Part shown: piece by piece, positions 10,124 through 18,125 of the stretch | Numbering within the stretch: position 1 is the stretch's first letter | Layout: each line of letters begins with the position of its first letter | NCBI GenBank assembly: GCA_041499755.1 | Contig: JBGQKV010000001.1 | Location: 1 to 54,417, forward strand | Source: Minisyncoccia bacterium | GTDB taxonomy: Bacteria; Patescibacteriota; Minisyncoccia; Phycocordibacterales; UBA9973 | Length of the DNA stretch: 54,417 nt | Direction: 5' to 3' | Notes under the pieces: model-generated | Databases searched by the model: none | The model's input: only the letters and a program-made list of their open reading frames with translations | Told to the model about the DNA's origin: nothing | Program-made: the position numbers and the translations under genes

Positions 10124-10209
10124 CTGAAAAAGTCAAAGTATTTGAAAAGGTGTTCAATTTTATTAATTATTTAAAAGTCGTCATTTATTAGGTTAATTTT
10201 AGAAAAATT

Positions 10210-13200
10210 ATGAAGAAAATATTATCTCATTTTGTTCCGGTCGTATTAGCAATAGCACTTTCCGTGACAGCCTCATTCGCTTTTGCTGCGGGGGGTCAAG
10301 CTATTTATAGTATAACTGAAACTCACACTGTCACTGCTACTGCGACAGGTTTTGTCGTTGATCTTAACGGCATTGCTTCTGTAACAAACCCTCAAGGAAA
10401 TATTAGTCAGTACCATGTTTCTGTTGATTGGTTAGGAAATGGTATATGGGAGCAAGTATCTTACTCCCCAGTTGGTAACAGCAATTTTTTTAGTGGTCCA
10501 TGGTCAGGCTCTCACACATTCACAGCACCAGGTCCCATTACGATTACTATAAAGTTGCATCATACTCAAACTGGTGGGCAAGAAAGTGGTGATGCGTCTG
10601 TTAGTTTTAATCTGACAATCCCTTCAGAAATTTGCTTAGACGGTATTGATAACGACTTTGATGGCTTTATTGACCTTGCTGACTCAGATTGTCTGCCTTA
10701 TTTTCCACACATTACTGTCACTAAAACAGTGATAAATAATAGTGGTGGAACAAAACTTCCAGCCAACTTTTCTCTTTTTGTAGACTCTACTCCAGTCACT
10801 TCTGGTCAGACTATATCGGTTCAGCCAGGTACTCACACTGTGAGTGAAACATTGGATCCAGAATACACTCAGACTAGTATTGGGGGGCAATGTGCATCAA
10901 ATGGCACTATTACTGTATTAGCAGGTATTGGAAATAACTACTCTTGCACCATTACAAATGATGATAAAGTAAATCTTCCCCCGGTCTTTACCTCAGTACC
11001 AACGTCAGTGTCTATACCTGAATTAGCACTTTATACTTTTAATGCTACAGCTACTGACCCAGAAAGCAATCCGATAACTTTTTCTCTAGTTGGCGCTCCA
11101 GCTGGAGCCAGCATAACTTCAGGCGGTGTCTTTACTTGGACTCCTACTGAAGCGCAAGGTCCAAATCTTTATACATTTAAATTTCGCGCCTCTGACAATC
11201 ATGGCAATAATAATGATGCCACAGTAAATATTACTGTTACTGAAGTGAACAGTGCTCCGGTTGCAGTGGATGACTCCAAGACTACTACAGAAGATGCACC
11301 ACTTACTATCTCACTTGCATCCCTACTTGCAAACGATACTGATAGTGATATTCCAGCGAACACCCTCTCTATCACTTCTGTTTCAGGAAATACCAATGGA
11401 GTAGCTGTATTAGGTTCTGACATAATCTTTACACCAGATGCTAACTTCAATGGTCTTGCCGGTTTTGATTACACTCTTTCTGATGGATCTCTTACCGACA
11501 CTGGTCACGTAAATATTACGGTCTCATCTATAAATGATGCTCCAGTGCTTGTAAGTATTGTTAACAAATTTGTTGATGAATTAAATAATTTACCTTTCGG
11601 TCTATCAGCTACGGATGTTGATGGAGACACTGTGACTTATTCTATTACTTCTGGTTTTCAGTCTGGTATGTCTCTCGGTTCTTTGTCAGGAGTTTTTTCT
11701 TGGACACCTTCTGAAGTTCAAGGTCCAGGAGTATACGGAATGACAGTAGAAGCAACTGACGGGCATGGTGGCGTAGACTCAAAATCTTTTGATATCAATG
11801 TTGCTGAAGTGAATGTTGCACCAGTAGCTTATAACGATCTTTCTGAATCAACCCATATGAATGTTTCAAAAAGTATAAATCTAAGCGCAGATGATTCCGA
11901 TATTCCAGCCAACAGTCTTTCTTACACAGTAGTTTCTGGGCCAACGAATGGCACACTTACTGAATGTTCCTCTTACCCATGTTCTTTGGGAAGCAACAAT
12001 GTGACTTATGTTCCTAATACAGATTTTATTGGTTCTGATTCATTTGTTTTCAAGGCAACTGATAACGGGATTCCTACTCTTACAAGTAATACAGCCACGA
12101 TCGGTATAATGGTGAATGATAGTGCTCCTATTCTTATTGATGTACCAACCAATACTTCTAGTGATCCAGTAGTTATCAATGAGGAAACAGGATACACCTT
12201 TGACGCTAACGCTACTGACGATGGTGATTCTCTAACCTTCTCTTTGGGAGCAGGCGCTCCAGTTGGTGCTTCTATTGATCCTTCCACAGGTATCTTTACT
12301 TGGATGCCAACCGAGGCTCAAGGCCCAGATTTATATTCTATTACCATAATTGTCAGTGACGGTGTGTTGTCTAGTTCTCAGACTTTCTCAGTCTCAGTTT
12401 TAGAAGTGAATGTAATCCCTGTAGCTAATATCCAATCAGTCACAACTCCAGAAGACACTGCAAAAGATATCACTCTTACAGGTTCTGATGTTGATGTTCC
12501 AGTTCAGGCACTTACTTTTACTATAGCAAGTAATCCTGCCCAGGGGACATTATCTGGTTTCAACTCTATAACTGGCGAAGTGACTTATATTCCAAATGCT
12601 GATTACAACGGCTCTGACTCTTTTACCTTTACAGTAAGTGACGGTGTTGCTATTAGCGCAGAGGCCACTGTTTCAATTACAGTAGACTCAGTGAATGATG
12701 CACCAGTTATCACTCTTGATGCTGGAGGCGATCCATTTACTGTTCTTACAGGTGATACTGATGCAGTTATCCCAGGAGCTACCTGTACGGACGTAGAAGG
12801 TGGAAATCTTGATGTAACTGTAACTCCCCCAACAGATCCAGCATATGATGCTAATGTGAACGGAACTTATGTTTTCCATTATTCATGTACTGATGGTGAA
12901 TTAACTGCTGAAACTACTCGCACTGTTATTGTTTCAGGAGAAAACACTCTCGCTCTTTGCTCTGATACTGTAGATAACGATGGGAATGACCTCACTGACC
13001 TTCTAGATCCAGCTTGCTTAGCTTTCAAACCAAAACTTACTGTTACTAAAGTTGTCATCAACGACAATGGAGGAGTGAAATTAGTTTCTGATTTCCAGCT
13101 CTTTATTGACGGCATAGCCACGACTTCTGGTGCGCAAGTCACATACAGTGCTGCTGGCTCACACATTGTTTCTGAAACTACTGATTCAAATTATACTGGC

Positions 13201-13725
13201 GTATTTAGCGGAGACTGTAATTCTTCTGGAAGCGTGACTGTTGCGATAGGTCAAACAAAATCTTGCACGCTTACCAATAATGACAACGCCCCAGTAATTA
13301 TTATTACGACTGGCGGCGGAGGTGGTGGAGGGCACCCTCCGATTGTTTCAACTCCTGGACAAGTCTTGGGTGCGACGGCAATCTGCCAAGTCTCACTTGA
13401 TGAGCATCTACGCAAGGGTTACAAAAACAAAACTGCTTCAGTAAAAGCTCTTCAAGCGTTCTTAAATAGCTACTTGAAAATAAATATGACAGTTGACGGA
13501 AAGTTTGGTCCAGGTACAGAGAAATATGTAAAAATGTTCCAAGGTATGTCTCCAAATAAAGAAGTAATCTTAGATCCATGGAATATTGACTCTCCTACCG
13601 GGCTTGTTTACCTAACGACTCTTACCAGGATGAAGAACATTATGTGTCCAGATCTAAAGTTGCCAGTGCCAGATAAGTCTACTTTAGTAGCTTGGAGCAA
13701 GAATCCTACCACTCCGAAGAATTAA
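10210..13725 (+). CDS. secreted cadherin/Ig-like repeat protein with C-terminal peptidoglycan-binding domain (1171 aa)
   Basis: Signal peptide, then two NDNGG-type domains like those of the upstream gene (about 10711-10975 and 13030-13295). These bracket about 7 units delimited by VN.AP / VAVDD motifs. A Gly7 linker precedes a PG_binding_1-like segment (VKALQAFLNSYL...VDGKFGPGTEKYVKMFQ). Confidence 0.8.
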   Translation: MKKILSHFVPVVLAIALSVTASFAFAAGGQAIYSITETHTVTATATGFVVDLNGIASVTNPQGNISQYHVSVDWLGNGIWEQVSYSPVGNSNFFSGPWSGSHTFTAPGPITITIKLHHTQTGGQESGDASVSFNLTIPSEICLDGIDNDFDGFIDLADSDCLPYFPHITVTKTVINNSGGTKLPANFSLFVDSTPVTSGQTISVQPGTHTVSETLDPEYTQTSIGGQCASNGTITVLAGIGNNYSCTITNDDKVNLPPVFTSVPTSVSIPELALYTFNATATDPESNPITFSLVGAPAGASITSGGVFTWTPTEAQGPNLYTFKFRASDNHGNNNDATVNITVTEVNSAPVAVDDSKTTTEDAPLTISLASLLANDTDSDIPANTLSITSVSGNTNGVAVLGSDIIFTPDANFNGLAGFDYTLSDGSLTDTGHVNITVSSINDAPVLVSIVNKFVDELNNLPFGLSATDVDGDTVTYSITSGFQSGMSLGSLSGVFSWTPSEVQGPGVYGMTVEATDGHGGVDSKSFDINVAEVNVAPVAYNDLSESTHMNVSKSINLSADDSDIPANSLSYTVVSGPTNGTLTECSSYPCSLGSNNVTYVPNTDFIGSDSFVFKATDNGIPTLTSNTATIGIMVNDSAPILIDVPTNTSSDPVVINEETGYTFDANATDDGDSLTFSLGAGAPVGASIDPSTGIFTWMPTEAQGPDLYSITIIVSDGVLSSSQTFSVSVLEVNVIPVANIQSVTTPEDTAKDITLTGSDVDVPVQALTFTIASNPAQGTLSGFNSITGEVTYIPNADYNGSDSFTFTVSDGVAISAEATVSITVDSVNDAPVITLDAGGDPFTVLTGDTDAVIPGATCTDVEGGNLDVTVTPPTDPAYDANVNGTYVFHYSCTDGELTAETTRTVIVSGENTLALCSDTVDNDGNDLTDLLDPACLAFKPKLTVTKVVINDNGGVKLVSDFQLFIDGIATTSGAQVTYSAAGSHIVSETTDSNYTGVFSGDCNSSGSVTVAIGQTKSCTLTNNDNAPVIIITTGGGGGGGHPPIVSTPGQVLGATAICQVSLDEHLRKGYKNKTASVKALQAFLNSYLKINMTVDGKFGPGTEKYVKMFQGMSPNKEVILDPWNIDSPTGLVYLTTLTRMKNIMCPDLKLPVPDKSTLVAWSKNPTTPKN

Positions 13726-13745
13726 CCTTTAAAAATAAGGCTAAA

Positions 13746-13787
13746 ATAGCAAATCCCTCCCTTGACGTGAGGGATTTGCTATTTTAT
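13746..13787 (+). terminator. intrinsic terminator
   Basis: Perfect 14-bp stem ATAGCAAATCCCTC / GAGGGATTTGCTAT with a 9-nt loop, followed by a T-rich tail. Confidence 0.8.
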
Positions 13788-13795
13788 AGTATTTA

Positions 13796-13804
13796 TGCTA
13801 CACT
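13796..13804 (+). promoter_or_regulatory. extended -10 element TGCTACACT, 6 nt before the ATG at 13811
   Basis: TGnTAnnnT match. The spacing leaves no room for a leader or Shine-Dalgarno sequence. Confidence 0.55.
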
Positions 13805-13810
13805 TTCCCT

Positions 13811-14839
13811 ATGTTTAACCAACTAAAACATTTCTTTATCCCGCATGAGGGGAATGATTATAAACCGCACCTTTTCCGCGAACTTTCCGTCTCTGTCCTA
13901 ATCGTTGCTGTTTTAATTTTATTTGTCGCCTCTGCCGGGTCTTCATTCGTGATGCGAAATACCGATCTGGGCGCCGCCGTACTTCCGGGTGTGCTCGTTG
14001 ATCTCACCAATCAAAACCGCATTGCAAATAGCGAGTCAGCCCTTATTCGCAGTTCTGTGTTAGATTCTGCCGCTGCGATGAAAGCCAAAGACATGGCGAG
14101 TAAAAATTATTTTGCGCATACCAGCCCTGAAGGACTCACTCCTTGGTATTGGTTCTCCCAAGTTGATTATAATTTTATTTATGCAGGGGAAAATTTAGCG
14201 ATAAATTTTACTGAGTCCACTGATGTGGAGAATGCTTGGCTTGCTTCGCCAACCCACCGCGCGAATCTTCTCAATGCGAGCTTTACGGAAATAGGACTTG
14301 CTACTACCGATGGAATTTATAATGGCACGCCGACGACTTTTGTTGTTCAAATGTTCGGCACCCCAGCTGTCTTTGCGTCTGATAATACAGAAGAAGTACC
14401 GGCGCCTCTTCCTCCCAAGAAGACGCCAGTTAAAAAACCTACGACCATCCCGACCCAAGTAGCTACTGCTCTTTCACCTGTGGTAAAAGGGGAAACCACT
14501 ACAGAGAACTCTAATCTTGAAACTCTTGTAGACACAAAAGAATTTACCGCTGTAAAAAATACGGCTGTGCCGGAAAGTGTGTCCACGCCTAGCACGCCTG
14601 TTATCCCAGTCCAGTATTCTACTTGGTATGAAAGGTTTTTATTCAATCAACCAGGTTATACAAATATGATTTACAAAATTCTCATGGGGGCTGTCTTTGT
14701 TGTTTTGATGCTGATGATAATTATTGAATTCAGACGCCAGCATCCTAGGAATATAGCTTACGGTGTACTTACTTTTGTTATCCTTCTCTCGCTCGTATAC
14801 ATAAATCAGACATTCCTGATGCCGCATTTTCTAATCTAA
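13811..14839 (+). CDS. membrane-anchored CAP/SCP (PR-1-like, YkwD-type) domain protein
   Basis: N-terminal TM segment, CAP-like motifs (KNYFAHTSPEG, GENLA, AWLASPTHRANLL), a Pro/Thr-rich linker and C-terminal TM segments. Confidence 0.75.
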   Translation: MFNQLKHFFIPHEGNDYKPHLFRELSVSVLIVAVLILFVASAGSSFVMRNTDLGAAVLPGVLVDLTNQNRIANSESALIRSSVLDSAAAMKAKDMASKNYFAHTSPEGLTPWYWFSQVDYNFIYAGENLAINFTESTDVENAWLASPTHRANLLNASFTEIGLATTDGIYNGTPTTFVVQMFGTPAVFASDNTEEVPAPLPPKKTPVKKPTTIPTQVATALSPVVKGETTTENSNLETLVDTKEFTAVKNTAVPESVSTPSTPVIPVQYSTWYERFLFNQPGYTNMIYKILMGAVFVVLMLMIIIEFRRQHPRNIAYGVLTFVILLSLVYINQTFLMPHFLI

Positions 14840-14840
14840 A

Positions 14841-14914
14841 GTCCTCTCGGCAGGAATCGAACCTGCATCACAACTTCCGCAAAGTTGCGTCCTATCCATT
14901 GAACGACGAGAGGA
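14841..14914 (-). tRNA. tRNA-Arg (anticodon GCG)
   Basis: Cloverleaf folded by hand: acceptor TCCTCTC/GAGAGGA, anticodon stem CAACT/AGTTG with loop TTGCGGA, T-arm GCAGG TTCGATT CCTGC. No encoded CCA. Confidence 0.8.
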
Positions 14915-14949
14915 GGAACCTTTGAAGACTAGCAGTTTTCATTCAAAAA

Positions 14950-15405
14950 TCAAATTCCCAGGGAGTCCATCACCTTCTCTGAAAAATGAGCGCGCATTTC
15001 TTCTTCCGGTATATTTTTGAATAGCATTATCTCGCGCACTTCTTGCGGAGAGATGTTATCAAGAGGCATTGAGATCATTGGCATAAAAGCTCGCTCGGAT
15101 TTTATAAAGAGAGTCGGATTACCCTCCGTACTTACAAAAAATGATTTAATTTTCTCATATGGGTAGAGTTGATTCTTTATCTGAAGCCCTTTAACCCCCA
15201 GTTCATAATTTATCATCTCCGGTTTCTTCACGGCAAACATGCCGAGCGAAAGCCCGCCTAGGATGAGGAGGATCGCGAAAAAATAATTACCGTAAATTAT
15301 CGAGGTGATAGAGCCTGCTACAATGATGACCCCGAGCGCCCAGAACCAATCTGTGCCTCGGGCTTTTTCTTCATACTCATACGCGGACCATTTGAGATTT
15401 TCCAC
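14950..15405 (-). CDS. membrane protein, unknown function
   Basis: Two TM segments then a soluble domain. Start set to the GTG at 15405, which lies 6 nt downstream of a TGGTATAAT element. The ATG at 15480 would overlap the divergent rlmB-like gene. Confidence 0.55.
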   Translation of the reverse strand: MENLKWSAYEYEEKARGTDWFWALGVIIVAGSITSIIYGNYFFAILLILGGLSLGMFAVKKPEMINYELGVKGLQIKNQLYPYEKIKSFFVSTEGNPTLFIKSERAFMPMISMPLDNISPQEVREIMLFKNIPEEEMRAHFSEKVMDSLGI

Positions 15406-15411
15406 CTCTTT

Positions 15412-15420
15412 ATTATACCA
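15412..15420 (-). promoter_or_regulatory. extended -10 element TGGTATAAT (minus strand), 6 nt before the GTG at 15405
   Basis: The plus strand reads ATTATACCA. Architecture matches the other leaderless-type starts. Confidence 0.5.
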
Positions 15421-15466
15421 ACCCTGGGAAATTGCACAAAGGAAGTAAAGCGTGTATTGTGTATTT

Positions 15467-16219
15467 ATGAAACAAAGCAAGATCTATATATATGGCCGGC
15501 ACGCAGTCAGCGAAGCCTTGGAAAATGCTCCACAGGCAGTAAGAAAGGTGTATGTAGCGCCGAGCCAGAGTGATGCAAGGCTCCGCGAACTTATCAAGAA
15601 AACTAAAGTACCATCTGACATTTTAGGCTCCAAGCAGATGCAATATGTGGAGAACAATGGCGTACATCAGGGCGTCATCGCGCTTATTTCACTTGAGAAC
15701 CTCGTTATTCCATTTAAAACATTTATGTATCATTTAAAAGTGACTGATTCTACTGCTCTTGTACTTCTCTCTCATATTCAAGACCCGCACAATGTCGGCG
15801 CGGTTATTCGCTCGTCCGCCGCTTTTGGTATTTCCGGCGTATTAATTCCAGAGCACAATCAAGCGCCTATTACCGGCGCGGTGGTGAAAGTTTCTGCGGG
15901 GATGGCTTTTCGCGTGCCCATCGTCGCTATTGGTAATCTCAATCAAGCCGTGCGGGATCTCAAAGAAGCTGGGTTTACTATTTATGGATTAGAGGGCGGA
16001 GGAAAGCAAAATATCAATCAAGCGCATTTCGATTCGCCCTCCGTTTTTATTTTAGGTAATGAAGGTGAAGGCATCCGCCAAAAAACTCAAGAGCTCTGCG
16101 ACACTCTTCTTTCCATTCCGATGCATGTGCGCACTGAATCCCTAAACGCCGCTGTCTCTGCCTCCGTAGCTCTTTACGCCTGGAGCTCCAAACACCCCGA
16201 GGTGCTCCGTAAAAATTAA
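15467..16219 (+). CDS. rlmB: SpoU/TrmH-family RNA 2'-O-methyltransferase (RlmB-like)
   Basis: N-terminal IYGRHAVSEAL substrate-binding domain and SPOUT motifs (DPHNVGAVIRS, ILGNEGEGI, SLNAAVS). Confidence 0.85.
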   Translation: MKQSKIYIYGRHAVSEALENAPQAVRKVYVAPSQSDARLRELIKKTKVPSDILGSKQMQYVENNGVHQGVIALISLENLVIPFKTFMYHLKVTDSTALVLLSHIQDPHNVGAVIRSSAAFGISGVLIPEHNQAPITGAVVKVSAGMAFRVPIVAIGNLNQAVRDLKEAGFTIYGLEGGGKQNINQAHFDSPSVFILGNEGEGIRQKTQELCDTLLSIPMHVRTESLNAAVSASVALYAWSSKHPEVLRKN

Positions 16220-16473
16220 TCAAAAGGTGTTTTTATTTCTTTGATTTTACCCCAAGGCTCTCTCCAGCCTTTCGTTTTATAACGAAGAAAAAAATGAAAG
16301 CTTGTGCCGAGCACTATTAAAGTAGCCCACAATATACTCACAACTTGCCAACCCTTCCAAATAAAAAGTAGAAAACTCAGAAAAATAATAATTATCCATT
16401 TAACAATTCTAAATTTCCGCGGTTGTCCGTAAAGCATCACATATTTTTCTCTTTTTAGAAATTTTGAAAACAT
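16216..16473 (-). CDS. small membrane protein, unknown function
   Basis: 85 aa with two hydrophobic segments and no recognisable motif. Confidence 0.45.
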   Translation of the reverse strand: MFSKFLKREKYVMLYGQPRKFRIVKWIIIIFLSFLLFIWKGWQVVSILWATLIVLGTSFHFFLRYKTKGWREPWGKIKEIKTPFD

Positions 16474-16477
16474 TTTT

Positions 16478-16536
16478 GCGGAAGCGGTGAGATTTTAATT
16501 TTTTTTACTCAACACCTTGGCGGAAGCGGTGAGATT
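16478..16536 (-). repeat. two direct copies of a tRNA-Ser 3'-end fragment
   Basis: GCGGAAGCGGTGAGATT occurs at 16478-16494 and 16520-16536. It matches GCGGAGGCGGTGAGATT at 16609-16625, the 3' end of tRNA-Ser, with one mismatch. The second copy reads ...CTCACCGCTTCCGCCA on the minus strand. Confidence 0.8.
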
Positions 16537-16609
16537 CCCATCGCTTTCTGCGAGGTCTCGCCAGAGGCGATGAGAACTTACAATACTATAACATTTATTA
16601 TTCCCAGAG

Positions 16610-16694
16610 CGGAGGCGGTGAGATTCGAACTCACGATGGCTTGCGCCATGGCGGTTTTCAAGACCGCTCGTTTCAACCACTCACGCACGCCTCC
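16610..16694 (-). tRNA. tRNA-Ser (anticodon UGA), class II
   Basis: Acceptor GGAGGCG/CGCCTCC, anticodon stem GCGGT/ACCGC with loop CTTGAAA, long variable arm CATGGCGCAAGCCATC, T-arm GTGAG TTCGAAT CTCAC. Confidence 0.9.
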
Positions 16695-16697
16695 GCT

Positions 16698-16946
16698 CTA
16701 AGAACAATTTTCTATTAATTTTTTAAATGCTTCGCCATGTTTAAAACTTTTTATTTGTCTTTCGCGAAGCCATGCTGATTTTTTGTCCTCAAATTTCTCA
16801 CTATATACAACTATCCACGGTATTCCATACTTAGTCGAAACATTTTTTCCTGAGTTATGGTCCTTCTCTCTTTTTTCTAAATCCGAAGTGTATCCGATAT
16901 AATATCTTCCATTTTTTTCACTTTCTAATATATAAACAGTATACAT
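16698..16946 (-). CDS. GIY-YIG nuclease-domain protein (82 aa)
   Basis: YILESEKNGRYYIGYTSDLEKR..H....K matches the GIY-YIG core. The stop codon lies 3 nt from the 5' end of tRNA-Ser. Confidence 0.8.
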   Translation of the reverse strand: MYTVYILESEKNGRYYIGYTSDLEKREKDHNSGKNVSTKYGIPWIVVYSEKFEDKKSAWLRERQIKSFKHGEAFKKLIENCS

Positions 16947-17038
16947 ATTATCGACTCATTAGCCACCCACCGCTTACAGCGGGGTCCCGCCAAAGGCGGT
17001 GAGCCTCCGCCAAAATGTCAAGTTATTTATTTAGATTT

Positions 17039-17266
17039 TTATTTAATTCTAGAGATCAATTTTTCAATATCGCTCCACTTTTTCTTGGCCACTCCGAAAA
17101 TGTAAATCATATCCAAGATGCCGGCTGTGTTGAATAAAATGAGCGCTACGAACCACCATTTTTCATTGCGCTTAACGGCTGTCCAAACGGAATAGCATTT
17201 CCAAAGAACGCTCCATATAATCAATAAAACCAGTATTAAACTAAATCCTGAACCAAAATTATACAT
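17039..17266 (-). CDS. small two-TM membrane protein (PLD N-terminal-like)
   Basis: 75 aa with two TM helices. The W-rich pattern KWWFVALILFNTAGILDMIYIF resembles PLDc_N-type small proteins. Confidence 0.5.
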   Translation of the reverse strand: MYNFGSGFSLILVLLIIWSVLWKCYSVWTAVKRNEKWWFVALILFNTAGILDMIYIFGVAKKKWSDIEKLISRIK

Positions 17267-17286
17267 AACAGAATTATACCAGAAAA

Positions 17287-17787
17287 ATGCTTTTTATGCT
17301 AGTATTTTCCCATATGACTACAGTGAATATGGCGAATACAGGACGCTTCCTAGGAATAGATTTCGGCACTAAGCGCATCGGCATAGCTATTTCAGATGAA
17401 AATAGTACCTTGGCTTTTCCAAAAGAAATTGTGCCAAATGATGCGAAAACTTTCAAAAAAATCGGGGAGATTATAAAAAGTGAGAATGTATCAGAGATTG
17501 TGATAGGGGAGTCCGTAGATTTCTCTGGCCGACTCAATATGCTCTCGGCGCGCATAGATCTTTTTGTCAAAGAGCTGGAAGTAGAATTTCATTTACCTAT
17601 TCACCGCCAAAAAGAATTTTTGACCTCTGTGGAAGCTCGCCGATCCAAAGATGGCAAGCACACCTTGAGTCCTTCACAGGCACACAGCAAATTAAAGAGC
17701 ACCAAATCCGGCCGTGTAGACGCCTCCGCGGCGGCATTAATTCTGCAGAGGTATTTAGATAAGAAGAATAAAGAAGTAATGCTATAA
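17287..17787 (+). CDS. ruvX: YqgF/RuvX-family pre-16S rRNA nuclease / putative Holliday junction resolvase
   Basis: GRFLGIDFGTKRIGIAISD motif. The start is ambiguous: ATG 17287 sits 6 nt after TATACC, while ATG 17329 gives a canonical-length N-terminus. Confidence 0.8.
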   Translation: MLFMLVFSHMTTVNMANTGRFLGIDFGTKRIGIAISDENSTLAFPKEIVPNDAKTFKKIGEIIKSENVSEIVIGESVDFSGRLNMLSARIDLFVKELEVEFHLPIHRQKEFLTSVEARRSKDGKHTLSPSQAHSKLKSTKSGRVDASAAALILQRYLDKKNKEVML

Positions 17788-17788
17788 T
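17780..17788 (+). promoter_or_regulatory. extended -10 element TGCTATAAT, 6 nt before the ATG at 17795
   Basis: Perfect TGnTATAAT lying over the ruvX stop codon. Confidence 0.6.
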
Positions 17789-17794
17789 CAAAAA

Positions 17795-18124
17795 ATGATT
17801 TCGATTGAAGATTTTAAAAAGGTGGATATTGCGGTGGGGGAGATTCTTTCTGCTGAGAAAGTGCCAGATACTGATAAGTTACTTAAACTTTCTGTAAACT
17901 TAGGAGAAGAAAATCCACGGCAAATTGTTTCAGGCATTGCGCTTTATTTTCCAGATCCATCTTCCCTTATAGGTAAAAAATGTATGTTTGTCGCAAATTT
18001 GGAGCCGAGAGTAATTCGTGGGCTTGAAAGCCAAGGGATGGTACTCGCGGTTTCAACTGAAGACGGCAAATTTTCACTGCTTGAGCCAAACGCTGAAATT
18101 CCAGCCGGCACGCGCGCAAAATAA
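17795..18124 (+). CDS. tRNA-binding domain protein (CsaA/YgjH/EMAP-like)
   Basis: DFKKVDIAVGEILSAEKVPDTDKLLKLSVNLG...QIVSGIA pattern of the OB-fold tRNA-binding domain. Confidence 0.8.
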   Translation: MISIEDFKKVDIAVGEILSAEKVPDTDKLLKLSVNLGEENPRQIVSGIALYFPDPSSLIGKKCMFVANLEPRVIRGLESQGMVLAVSTEDGKFSLLEPNAEIPAGTRAK

Positions 18125-18125
18125 A

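Noticed and set aside
3985-13725. Possible diversity-generating retroelement target. CPR genomes often carry DGRs, and these are large repeat-rich surface genes.
   Set aside because: No reverse transcriptase ORF is present in the window. No template/variable repeat pair shows adenine-specific mismatches; differences between repeat copies are spread over all bases and are mostly synonymous.
16495-16680. 61-aa minus-strand ORF in the ORF track.
   Set aside because: It overlaps tRNA-Ser(UGA) and the tRNA-fragment repeats, and has no coding features.
18018-18125. Long N-terminal extensions given by the ORF track. Affected genes: DedA (18018), NRAMP (35058), ABC ATPase (2198), folA (43195), thyA (44040), argS (48765) and the orphan gene (33892).
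   Set aside because: The extensions overlap upstream genes or promoters and lack similarity to the family N-termini. Internal ATG codons give canonical N-termini, several of them with a -10 element 6-7 nt upstream.
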